Part shown: piece by piece, positions 12,199-24,289 of the stretch
How the letters are laid out: every line of letters begins with the position of its first letter
How positions within the stretch are numbered: position 1 is the first letter of the stretch
NCBI GenBank assembly: GCA_964016885.1
Contig: OZ024740.1
Coordinates: 238,328,001-238,392,000, forward strand
Length of the DNA stretch: 64,000 nucleotides
Direction of reading: 5' to 3'
Origin: Eledone cirrhosa
Taxonomy: Eukaryota
The notes under the pieces: generated by a model
Databases searched by the model: none
What the model saw: the letters and a program-made list of their open reading frames with translations, nothing else
Told to the model about the DNA's origin: nothing
Program-made: the position numbers and the translations under genes

Positions 12199-12499
12199 TA
12201 TATATATATAGAGAGAGAGAGGGAGAGAAATTTTACATATCTCTATGCCCACTCTGCATCTCCCTATGCATTGAGTACTCCAATTATTCGTGGAATACCC
12301 GCTCCCAGCACGATTCATTTTGATTTCTGCACATGCACTAAATATACGAGTCGTCTACATACGGAAAGAAATTTCAACACGACTACAACTAACTCTAAAC
12401 TCTAACCTTAAACTCTGGTTGTTGTCGACTTTGCCAACTTAATCGGCTTACTATTCAGTGACTGGTATCTGTACAACACTATGTTGTATTGCTCTGTTG

Positions 12500-13430
12500 A
12501 ATATGTTGTTGATAGCCTTCAGAATATCATTCCAACCATACCACTCCTCCAAGTCAGAGGTGACAAATGTGAGCTATGCCTACACACACAAAATTTGCAT
12601 TCAAGCAAAACTTTTAACTCTCTCTTTAATCATTCTGATCATTTTACTAGGTGCCATTTACTTTCTGTAAGCGCAAAGTTCTCAAGGGACTGGATTGATG
12701 CCCTGCCTGTGGCCAACATTGGTGGTCCTCTAAGTCAGGATGAGCCTGCATCTCCATTGCACTTCAAGTGGGAGCTGAGGTCTGAGATGTCGCTGTGGTG
12801 GGCCGCTCAACTCCACAGGCCTACATGGTTTGTCCTGTCATCTGAATGCTGGTCGTTTTGCTCACGACACCGAGCTAAGCCTGATCATTAAACGGGCCCT
12901 AGCTCGGGCAAGTATCCCCCTCAGTTCTGAGGCCAGCTGGATTATCCAGTAGTGATGGGAAGAAACCGGTCTTACCCTTTGTCCCTGGGTAAGAGGTAGG
13001 TATTTCATCTGGGATGTCAAAGTCAGTGACTCTTTTGCTCCCTCCCACATCATGGATGCTGTGGTAAATGTGGGGGTAATTTCTTACGTTGCCGAATGGA
13101 ATAAAATTCAGAAATACTTGGATCTATCTAATAATTATTTGTTCCAGCCTGTGACATTCGAGATGTTTGGTGGAGTTAGGCCACTGACAGCAAAGTTTTT
13201 GTCATTGCTGGCGGATCGCCTTACTGAGGTGTCATGTGATGCCCATGAAGATGCCTGGTTGTTTCAGTGCCTTAGCCTCGCTATCACCCGTGGTAATACT
13301 CTGAGTGTATTGGCTTGCCTCAAAATAATCCGTTGACCTTTGTGATGTGTGGCCGATCGTCACACTTGGTGCTGAATTGTTGGGCGTTTTTGTTTTTGCT
13401 TCCTCCCTTTTGTTTCCTACTTTCTCTCAC
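12500..13430 (+). mobile_element. CRE-type retrotransposon 3' part with restriction-like endonuclease domain
   Basis: DWIDALPVANIG, GLTLCPWVRGRYFIWDVKVSDSFAPSHI, AEWNKIQKY, FQPVTFEMFGG, LSLAITRGN. Confidence 0.85.
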
Positions 13431-13449
13431 TCTGGTCATATATCTTGCT

Positions 13450-14540
13450 TTCCAATTCTCTTGAAAGCCTTACAAGAGTGCCTGGAGACCAAACAAGCTG
13501 ACCTGGTGAGGGTGACGTACAGATAACGCCTCCTCGATGCAAATCTATTTAGCCCTCCTCGAACTTCATTCTATGCTATGCGGTGCACCTCACCAAACTT
13601 GATGTCACCATCAGCCGCTGCACCAAATTTACCCGTAAAGTCAGATCTTGTACTGTCGGTCTATATGTCACCGTCATCTCCAGTCGCATCCTTATCAGCA
13701 AGGTTCTCTACAAGATGTCGGAACCAAATGTGAACCAGGACTCTAGCTAGCTCTGGTCCTTGGGTTGATGATGGTCTCGTTGTCGCCAGTTTTTCAAGAT
13801 ACCAATGCAATTGGGATGACGTCAAATGTAGTTCAATCTACATGTGTATCTTGTCTTCTTTTGACCAACACTGTCTCATCTGCCTCTATCTGCCCTGTAG
13901 CCAAACAGCAACACTTGGCTCAATACCGATCAACCAGTACCAGTTTTGATGATAAATGCACCCACATTAGGATGGTCCTGTGTCATGGTCACCATGTGTG
14001 TAAGCTACACAAATGCCATTGTAAAACTATGGTCGACAAGTTCAGACAACATCTGATCTCTTGATGCCATAGTGCAGGTCGGTTCCCTCAAAAGAGCTTT
14101 GACGCAGCCAGTTTCCAATTACAACTGGTGCCTGTCAGCCTCGACTGTAGTGATGATATGCTCCCAGACGGAATAACTCTTTTCCCGTTCTAGGGGGAGG
14201 GGTAAATTTGTGATGCTACATGCTGCGGCATATTCTCAACCTCCACCCGTGTTGCTTCGGCCACAAATCTGGTCACTGCTGTCCTTAACATAGAGGGACA
14301 AAAGATAGCCATATACCAGAACTTGATCAACCGCTTATTTTTGTGTCGGTCCCCGCCAAACACATCTAATGTCCTCAGTCTTTGCCATTTTCTGGAAGAA
14401 GTGCATCCCACTCAAGGAAGGAGCTTCATGGGGTGGGATGGCTGATCCAGTAGGTGTTACTAGCTGTTCTCCATGACGATGCTTTCTCCGTCAGGGCACA
14501 TCTGAGATATACGGCCTAGGCAGGGATGTAGAGTCTACTC
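13450..14540 (-). other. unidentified GC-richer, TE-like degenerate sequence (possibly a LINE ORF1 remnant)
   Basis: Composition differs from the flanks; 14215-14270 is similar in reverse to the fragment at 3610-3682, so it is repetitive; no motif confidently recognised. Confidence 0.3.
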
Positions 14541-15109
14541 TCCCTTCTCTTTCTTTTTTCATTATTTAATTTTTTTTTTCTCTCTCCCTGTTGTTGTTTT
14601 TTTCTTTTTTTCTTTTTTTGTAAGTTTTAAAAGAATTATTTCTAACCCTAATCCTAAACCAGAGAGTCGGCAAAGGACTGCACAAATCAGCAGATCTGAT
14701 GCACAGCTTCGTTCCATCCGACTTGTGAACTTCAATGAATATATGATGTTTCATATAAAAATTCTTTGTTTCATTATCAATATTTGATTACTAAACAATA
14801 GAATCGAATATCTATTTTTTTTTAGTTGCATGTTTGCAGTGGTCTCAAATGAATCAATATGTTATATGAATGCAAAACAAAACAAATTATTACATGAACT
14901 AACGAGAATGTTAAAAACTTCAGTCTACGTCTAAAGTCTTCTGTGGCGTGAAGCGACTGAGAGTACAACCCAGTGCCCCCTGGGTTAAGCCCCCAGTTAT
15001 TGCTGGTACTCATTTCAGTTAAGTTCACTGGAGCAACGTAAAATGGCATTTTGCTCAAGAACACAACACACTACCCAGGGTCCAGGAATCGAACTCATGA
15101 CATTATGAT

Positions 15110-15935
15110 CCTTCAGAGGAACCTCATTTCGGCCGCTTGTATTCGTGATCATATTCTTTAGGTAAGGGTTGGAATGAATATCGAATTGAAAATAATGAGT
15201 TTGGTTTTTAAACCTACATCTTTTCTGATTACTGAATGCAATACTGCACAAACTCCTGCAATTCTTGCATTTAATTCAGCCCCTGCCTTCTGTCACTCAT
15301 GATAATGGCCCCAAGATACTTGAATTTCTTAACATGCTTCAGTAGAACTCCATTCACATGTAGAGTGCACTGAGCAGGCTTCTTTGAGAGAATGAGTGTC
15401 TCAGTTTTCGCAGCACTGGTTTTTATTCCAGCCATGCAGCACTCAGCATCAAACCTATCAAGTGCAAGTTGGAGATCACCTTCTGTTACCATGGGAGATC
15501 AGCAAAGTATTCTCTCCACCTGGTAAGGATGCCCTTTCTGAAGAGAGAACCCCCAGACGCATTCCTGATAGCAGGTATGGAGGAGGACTTCTTATTACGA
15601 ATTCAGCAGATGGTCTGCCAGAACACTATAATTTGCTGATCTGAAGTCAGATTCCAGCTTAACTCCAAAGTCCTCTCGTGTCTTGATGCTGGGCGCCTTT
15701 ACTGTCTCTGCTGCGATTCTTCATGCCTGCTTGTCCCAAAAGTGCAAGGAGTACTTATTTCCAAGCCAAGCTTTGTAGGCCTTCTTCTTTGCTCGGATGG
15801 CATCTTTGACCTTTTGATTGAACTAAGGGGTCCTCCTACCATCCGGCGCCACATCAAACTTCTTTTGCCCAAAGCATTTAACAGCTGAAGTCAAAACTGC
15901 TGAGCTGAACAATCTCCACTCTGTCTCAACGTCTT
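15110..15935 (-). mobile_element. RTE LINE of a second family, fragmented
   Basis: DLQLALDRFDAEC...KTETLIL...VKKFKYLG and RIQAAEM motifs; related fragments at about 55908-56270 and 63935-64000. Confidence 0.7.
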
Positions 15936-17139
15936 AGTTTGCACAGGGTGTTCTCTTACACATTTATTCGCCTTGAAATTAAACTTGTGTCTCAAAACTA
16001 ATGTCAAATCAACAATGCTGCTTCTACTTGAAGCAGTGAAGTGATTTTACTCTGTGGTACATATTTATAACAAGATGGACTGATCCAGTTAAGAATTAAG
16101 TGTCCTAGATAGAGGTACAAAACAATTTCAAGATCAGGATTTGAACTGATCACCTCTCAGTTGATGTGCACTACCATCACTCAGTAGACCACACTTTCAT
16201 AAGGTTGGTGATTGTAGATGAAAATGGGCACAGAAAGGGAATTAAAGAGACTTGGTATTCTCAGTAAAAGATGGCGAATTAGCAGAGTTGTTAGAACATC
16301 GAATAAAATGCTTTGTGGCATTTATTATAGCTTTCTGCTCTTTGAGTTCAGTTATTTGTATTTATAATAACATTTTCATTCTAAATAAATTATAACAAAA
16401 GCATTAAAACTATTTGAAAAGTGAAACAGAACACGACTAATACTTTCATTATTGAATACACCGAGATCAACTTTGCTTTCGTCCTTTCGAGGTCGATAAA
16501 AAATAAAGTACCAGCCCAGTACTGGGGTCAATTCTTCTATATCTCTTTCTCACATCCTCTCTATCATTCTTTCTCTTCTCTGGAAGAAATTGGCTGTATT
16601 CAAAGCTGAAAAGCGATGAGCTCCATTACGTTTAAAGTGTCCAAGACATACCGTGATGTCCCTGCAAATTCGTCAGGAGTTACAGGTCCATACATAGATT
16701 TTCAGTATGGTAGATTGGAATAAGGTTTATTGCAAGATTTTGAAGTCAATGAGTCAACAATACCATTATAAAACAAGATGTATCTTGGATACCAGAACTG
16801 ACAAGCCTCCCAGTTTGTGTACAAGAACAACATTTCTAGAACTTCCCAATTGGAATATCACAGAGATCTGTCCTCTCAACTACTCTTTTCAACCTATAAC
16901 TGTACGACCTTTCCACACATCCTAAAAAACAAACACATAGCCTTATATATAGATGATATCACATTAATCTCCAGACAATGTATTCGGATTTTTATTTTGA
17001 TTATCAGATTCAGAATCTACAAAAATGTGCCTTTAAAAAATAATAAATATCCCAATCCAATGCTTTATAAATGTATTTATATATTAATTACATGGATAGT
17101 AAACATGAACATCTGGTAACAGCTGCATCAGTTTTCAAA

Positions 17140-17660
17140 ATAATTGTTTCTACTTTTGGCACAAGGCCAGCAATTACCCATTACATTACTGGTACTTTAT
17201 TTTATCGACCCCCGTAAGGATGAAAGGCAAAGTCAACCTCGGCAGGATTTGAACTCAGACTGTAAAGGGACGTAACTACGCTGGAAAGCATGGCATCTGA
17301 CTCTCTACCGATACTGCCAATCCACCGCCCTTTCAAAATAATGAAAGCTATATCTATTTAATAATTGTTTCTACTTTTGGCACAAAGCCAGCAATTATCT
17401 CAGTGTATTACTGGTACTTTATTTTATCGACCCAGTAAGGATGAAAGGCAAAGTTAACCTCGGCAGGATTTGAACTCAGATTTAATAATTGTTTCTACTA
17501 TTGGCACAAGGCCAGCTATTACCCAGTACATTACTGGTACTTTATTTTATCGATCTCCATAAGGATGAAAGGCAAAGCTAACCTCGGCAGGATTTGAACT
17601 CAGAATGGCAAGGGCCGTAACTCTATGCGTCAAAGCATGGTGTCCGACCCTCTACCGATT
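17140..17660 (-). mobile_element. cluster of three family-A SINEs
   Basis: Head-to-tail copies at about 17140-17331, 17360-17480 and 17484-17660. Confidence 0.85.
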
Positions 17661-17925
17661 CAGATTTAATAATGGTTTCTAATTATGACACAAGATCAAC
17701 AATTTTGGAAGGAAGGGGTCAGATTAGGTCCTTTTGAGGTCCTAAGCACTTAAAAGACTATAGTCCCCATCCCCACACCACCCATATATACAGTTAACAA
17801 TATTTTTAAATGAAAAATTTAATTAATTTTATTAAAAGGGTGCTCCTCTTCCATTGATGCTCTAATCATGTGCTTATTTTGATTATTTAATCGTCCTCGG
17901 AAAGATCAAAAGCAAAGTTAACCTC

Positions 17926-18508
17926 GGTATGTATTCAATAATGAAAGTACTAGTCATGTTCTATTTCACTTTCCAGATGGTATGTATTCAATAATGAAAG
18001 TACTAGTCATGTTCTATTTCACTTTCCAGATGGTATGTATTCAATAATGAAAGTACTAGTCATGTTCTATTTCACTTTCCAGATGGTATGTATTCAATAA
18101 TGAAAGTACTAGTCATGTTCTATTTCACTTTCCAGATGGTATGTATTCAATAATGAAAGTACTAGTCATGTTCTATTTCACTTTCCAGATGGTATGTATT
18201 CAATAATGAAAGTACTAGTCATGTTCTATTTCACTTTCCAGATGGTATGTATTCAATAATGAAAGTACTAGTCATGTTCTATTTCACTTTCCAGATGGTA
18301 TGTATTCAATAATGAAAGTACTAGTCATGTTCTATTTCACTTTCCAGATGGTATGTATTCAATAATGAAAGTACTAGTCATGTTCTATTTCACTTTCCAG
18401 ATGGTATGTATTCAATAATGAAAGTACTAGTCATGTTCTATTTCACTTTCTAGATGGTATGTATTCAATAATGAAAGTACTAGTCATGTTCTATTTCACT
18501 TTCCAGAT
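17926..18508 (+). repeat. 53-bp tandem repeat, 11 copies
   Basis: Unit GGTATGTATTCAATAATGAAAGTACTAGTCATGTTCTATTTCACTTTCCAGAT; 583 bp = 11 x 53; one substitution seen (copy 10). Confidence 0.95.
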
Positions 18509-18584
18509 AGGTTTAATGCTTTTGCTATAATTTATTAAGAATGAAAATATAATTATAAATACAAATAAAATATATTTATATTTA

Positions 18585-18762
18585 GTAGAAATAGAAGCTT
18601 TCGCTGTATTTTTTACTAAAGAAATTTTAGAACCCTCTAATAATTGAAAAGATGAATATTGACGTCAATACTCATCTTTTTCCATTTCTTAGAGGATTTT
18701 AAACCTCACTATCAGGCTAAAATTTCTTTAGTCGAAAATATAGCGAAAGCTTCTATTTCTAC
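18585..18762. mobile_element. hairpin MITE
   Basis: GTAGAAATAGAAGCTTTCGCT / AGCGAAAGCTTCTATTTCTAC arms with central palindrome TATTGACGTCAATA. Confidence 0.65.
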
Positions 18763-18822
18763 AAAATTTCAAACTTCGATCGCTGTTTCAAGGCATACTT
18801 GCTTTGTCAATATATTTATATA

Positions 18823-19818
18823 CTAGCAGCAGTACCCAGCGTTGCCTGGGTAGGTAAAATAATATCTGCTTTGATGAAAAGGTGTTGATCTTAGCGAATG
18901 CTTCTCGATGACTCATATATGGCCACACACAGGCCATGCGGGGCAAGGTGGTGATGACCTCTATCACTGAGAAACGCGGGTGACTGACGAAGGGCATGCT
19001 GGGGGAGGGAGATAATGACCTCTAACACTAAGCCAAATTTCCTCACGCTACTTGATTGGGAACCGATGAATTCTCAAATACACAACTAAAGGCTCAGACG
19101 ACATCAGTGGCCATCGTTTTGCCTTTGACCATCTATAAGATGTGCAATGATAAGTAGGTTCTATCGTAGTATAAAAGTTGAACCAAATAAATTGATTTAT
19201 GTGTGAGGTGGAGCCGAAGTTTCGAATTTGAACGAAATCGGTTGAAAAATGTGGGAGCTAGAACCAAAAAGGGGGAAATTTGAGAGAATATTTAAGCGGC
19301 TGCCACGCCGTTCCTGAACAAAAAATCCAAAATGTAAAGCCATTTTAAGACGTGAAATAATCAGATCTAGCGTAGTGTAAAATTTGAACAAAGTAGGTTG
19401 ATTAATGTGGGAGCTAAAGCCGAAAACGTGGAAATTTGTGTCTAAAAGTGGTATTTTTAATATTTAAGCGGCTGCCACACCATCCCTGAACAACAAATGC
19501 AAAATATAAAGCCATTACAGGATGTGCAATGATAAATTCTATTTTGCTTTAAAATTTGAACGAAATCGGTGTCAAAATCTGGGAGCTAGAACCAAAAATC
19601 TTATTTTTCGATACCTAAAAAAATGCCCCCCCCCCTATCGATTTTTATCTGCAGAATGACCCCGGAATAAAAAAAACGATACGATGATATATAGAAAACA
19701 CTCCCCGATGACTAATCTATGAGCCTGTAAAGTTTCATAAAAATGGGTCGTAAGATGTAGGCTCCTATAGGTAATACACAGACACACACACACATACTTA
19801 ATTTTATATATATACAGA
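18823..19818 (-). mobile_element. non-autonomous Helitron
   Basis: Minus strand reads A|TC...(TG)n...hairpin CCCAGGCAACGCTGGG...CTAG|T with no TSD; internal ~180-bp subrepeats (AATTTGAACGAAATCGG...GGGAGCTAGAACC). Confidence 0.85.
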
Positions 19819-19940
19819 TTTAAAATGCAAATAAATATATCTACAAAGACAAAGTATTCACAGTTGTAAACGTGCCTGTATTAATTTCTAATTTAGGCAC
19901 AAAGCTAGAACAAATATTGCAATGATATTTTATTCAATAC

Positions 19941-22900
19941 TTAACTATCTGTAACACTAACTTCAAAAAACGTGACAATCACCTGATCACCTATAGATCC
20001 GGGGAACACATAAGCCAGGTAGATTATATCCTTACCAGAAGACGTGACAGAGTGTCTGTTGTAAACACTAAATCCCTCCCCCATGAAGAATGCACCTCCC
20101 AACATAGACTGATAATTAGCGACCTCATAGTCAGGACGAGACGTACTCGACAGCAGAAGAGGACTATCCTCAGGAGAAAAATATGGAAGCTAAAGGACCC
20201 CACAGCCAGAAATAAATTTCAAAGCATATTACTTGATGCTTTCGACAGTAAGGAAGAACATTTAGAGTCGGACAATATAGAGGGACAGTGGGAATTTCTG
20301 AAAGCAAACCTGCTGTTGGCGACAGACGAAGTCTGTGGCTGGAGCAGGCCTGTAGGCAGGAGGAGAGTAACATGGTGGTGGAACAGTAAGGTAGAGGGGT
20401 CAATTAAGGCCAAAAAGCAGGCTTGGAAAGTATGGCGGGATGGGGGAAGTAGAGTAGACTATCAAGTGGCCAGGAGGGAAGCTAGGAGAGAAGTGTACTT
20501 AGCAAGAAGGGAAGCTGAGGAAAGAAAGTTCAAGCATGTTCTACAACGCGATGACCAAAAACGTGAGGTGTTCAGGATTGCTAGGCAATGCGTCAAGGAA
20601 AACCGTGATATTGTCGGGGAGAAGTGTGTACTTAACGATGATGGCATACTTGCCATCACCGACGCTGATAAGAAGGTAGCTTGGAAGTGTCACTATGAAA
20701 GGCTACTAAATGAGGAGAATATATGGGAGAAAGACAGTCTCCCCCATATCGACCCAATAGAGGGACCAGCAGTGTTAGTCGAGGGGAGTATAATAAGTAA
20801 GGCAATCAAGGATATGAAGACGGGTAAGGCGGCTGGGCCTTCGGAAATAGTTGCTGAGATGCTGAAGGCATCTGGCACGGTGGGACACACCATGGTCACC
20901 CGCATAGTTAACCAAGTCGTACAGAATGGGGTTGTTCCGAAGGACTGGCATAGCAGCATCATCGTTAACTGTTAAAAGCAGGCTTGGAAAGTATGGCGGG
21001 ATGGGGGAAGTAGAGTAGACTATCAAGTGGCCAGGAGGGAAGCTAGGAGAGAAGTGTACTTAGCAAGAAGGGAAGCTGAGGAAAGAAAGTTCAAGCATGT
21101 TCTACAACGCGATGACCAAAAACGTGAGGTGTTCAGGATTGCTAGGCAATGCGTCAAGGAAAACCGTGATATTGTCGGGGAGAAGTGTGTACTTAACGAT
21201 GATGGCATACTTGCCATCACCGACGCTGATAAGAAGGTAGCTTGGAAGTGTCACTATGAAAGGCTACTAAATGAGGAGAATATATGGGAGAAAGACAGTC
21301 TCCCCCATATCGACCCAATAGAGGGACCAGCAGTGTTAGTCGAGGGGAGTATAATAAGTAAGGCAATCAAGGATATGAAGACGGGTAAGGCGGCTGGGCC
21401 TTCGGAAATAGTTGCTGAGATGCTGAAGGCATCTGGCACGGTGGGACACACCATGGTCACCCGCATAGTTAACCAAGTCGTACAGAATGGGGTTGTTCCG
21501 AAGGACTGGCATAGCAGCATCATCGTTAACTGTTATAAGGGTAAAGGAGACGCCCTAGATAGGAGTAACTATAGAGGCATTAAATTAATCGACCAGGTCA
21601 TGAAGGTCACGGAAAAAGTAATAGCGCAACTAATCAGAGAGAGAATTGACCTAGATGAAATGCAGTTCGGGTTTGTGTCAGGCAAAAGTACCACAGACGC
21701 TCTTTTCATAGTACGACAACTACGGGAGAAGTACCTAGCTAAAGGTAAACCCCTCTACTTAGCTTTTGTCGACTTGGAGAAAGCCTTCGACAGAGTCCCC
21801 CGCTACATTATCTGGTGGGCTCTTAGAAAACTAGGCGTTGACGAATGGCTTGTGAGGGCTATGCAAGCCATGTATAAAGAAACAGTCAGCAAGGTTAGAA
21901 TTAACAACGAATATAGTGAAGAGTTTAGCGTAAAAGTTGGCGTCCATCAGGGCTCTGTTCTCAGCCCCCTACTATTTATTATTGCCCTTCAGGCTATAAC
22001 AGAGGAGTTCAAGACAGGCTGCCCATGGGAACTCCTATACGCAGATGACCTGACACTCATAGCGGAATCAATGGCCGAGCTAGAGAAGAAATTCCAAACA
22101 TGGAAGCACGGCCTAGAGTCAAAAGGACTTAAAATTAACCTGGCTAAGACCAAAGTTCTAGTTTGTAGGAAAGAAAACAAGGCGGCGGTCCCTTCTGGAA
22201 AATGGTCGTGCTCGGTGTGTAGGAAAGGCGTAGGTAGAAACTCCATTTTATGTCCTAAATGCAAAGTATGGGTGCATAAAAGATGTAGTGGGATCACAGG
22301 TAAGCTAACTAAGAACATAGATTTTACATGTGGCCGGTGTTCTGGTGCAATAAGTAGCAGCAAGTGCCCACAAAATACTAGCTCTTTCAATTGCGCAGAG
22401 GGTTCTATAGAAATAGTGGACAGCTTCCGTTACCTGGGCGATAAAATCAGCAGTGGGGGAGGGTGCTCTGAAAGTACTGTAGCTAGAGTCAGAACTGGTT
22501 GGAAAAAGTTGAAGCTGTCCACTATTTCTATAGAACCCTCTGCGCAATTGAAAGAGCTAGTATTTTGTGGGCACTTGCTGCTACTTATTGCACCAGAACA
22601 CCGGCCACATGTAAAATCTATGTTCTTAGTTAGCTTACCTGTGATCCCACTACATCTTTTATGCACCCATACTTTGCATTTAGGACATAAAATGGAGTTT
22701 CTACCTACGCCTTTCCTACACAGGGTGCTCTGAAAGTACTGTAGCTAGAGTCAGAACTGGTTGGAAAAAGTTCAGAGAGCTTATACCACTATTAGCTGCT
22801 AAAGGGTTCTCCCTAAAAATGAAAGGCAGGTTGTACGATGCCTGCATACGAACAGCAATGTTGCATGGCAGTGAGACCTGGGCATTGTGTGCAGAGGATA

Positions 22901-23653
22901 TACGCAGACTAGAGAGGAACGAAGCTTGCATGCTCCGCTGGATGTGTAACAGTAATATACGTGAACGGCAAAGCATAAACGAACTAAGGAAAAAATTAGA
23001 GATAAGAAGGATCAGATGTTGTTTACTCGAGAGAAGGCTACGTTGGTATGGACACGTGATGCGCATGAAAGTCGATAGCTGTATAACAAAGTGCAGGGCA
23101 ATAAAGATAGACAGTAGCCACGGAATAGGTAGACCTAGAAAAACCTGGGACGAGCTGATAAACTCCGACCTCACACACTTACACCTCTCCAAGACAATGT
23201 CACTGGACCGAGACCTTTGGCGGTACTCAGTAACAGAGAAGACCCGCCTTACCTAAATATATAGTAAAACCTACTCCAGCCAGTAGGCATCTCTAACAAA
23301 ATACACCCCGTCCCACCACCACCACCCCCACCCCATCCACACCACCCATTCTATGTAAAGTTATGTTGGTGCCGCACCATCCAGGCCGAAACAAATGAGA
23401 TCGTGTAGGTGTCACGACAAAAAAACACACAGTCCACGCTGTAATGTGGCCGTGTAGGCAACACGGTAAAAACCTCCCAGACCCACACTGTAAATGTGGT
23501 TGGTGTTAGGAAGGGCATCCAACTGTAGAAAACCTGCCAGACAGTCCTATGCGAGCAAGACAATCACTCTTGCCTCAAGTGTGACTACCCCCGTCCAAAC
23601 CCATGCAAGCGTGGAACACGGACGTTAAACGTTGATGATGATGATGATGATGA
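19941..23653 (+). mobile_element. young RTE LINE, 5'-truncated, with internal duplication and inversion
   Basis: APE C-terminus (LITYRSG...QVDYIL), RT (AFVDLEKAFDRV, GVHQGSVLSP, LYADD), PHD finger, 3' UTR and (GAT)n; closely similar to 56414-59220; apparently inserted in an older SINE. Confidence 0.95.
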
Positions 23654-24289
23654 CTCTACCAATTCTGTCAATCCACCACTCTGTGTACATATTAAAACAA
23701 AAATGGAGTAATTATTCATCTAATTATGAATTCTTTAACCACCACTCCCTCCAACCTTTATATTATTCCTTTAAAAATGGTCTTGGGTCTTTTAAATTTT
23801 GAAAATCAGCAAATCAGAATATGCAATCTGTGTATTTTTTTGTTAACTTGAAAAAATAATTGTAATATCTTTTTGTTCACTCAAACTGATTATGGTATGA
23901 GGATTTATAAGTGTGTGTTTTTAATATATAAATATATTTCATTTAGATTTAAAGTGTATTTTGTTTGCATTTGTAATTATGTTTATGATTTCTTTCACAC
24001 ACATGTATAGAACTAAAAAAGAACTGGGTTAAATCTAACATAATACCTGCAGCTCAGTAGTTAGCGATGATGTTGATCTTTTCTTGTTTTCGGGTTATAG
24101 CTACTGTCGCTCAGAGAGTGGGATTGGCTCAGTGCACAGTCTTTCCTCACTTTAAAAATATTCTTCACGCACAGGCATTGCACGATTGCATTAATTAATA
24201 ATTATTAATAGTGTTATTATTATTATATTTATTGTTATGACCATGCTGTAAAATAGAGGGGTAGAGAGGGCCCATGAAGCCAGTGAGAC

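Noticed and set aside
12385-12415. Telomere-like TAACCC/TAAACTC runs (also 14643-14660)
   Set aside because: Only 2-4 degenerate units, probably internal to small DNA elements; not an interstitial telomere.
17926-18508. Tandem hammerhead reading of the 53-bp unit (CAGATGG...GAAAGTACTA)
   Set aside because: Two mismatches in the CUGANGA core and no stem I pairing.
22511-22733. Novel C-terminal domain on the 568-aa RT ORF
   Set aside because: It is the antisense reading of the inverted PHD segment, not a separate domain.
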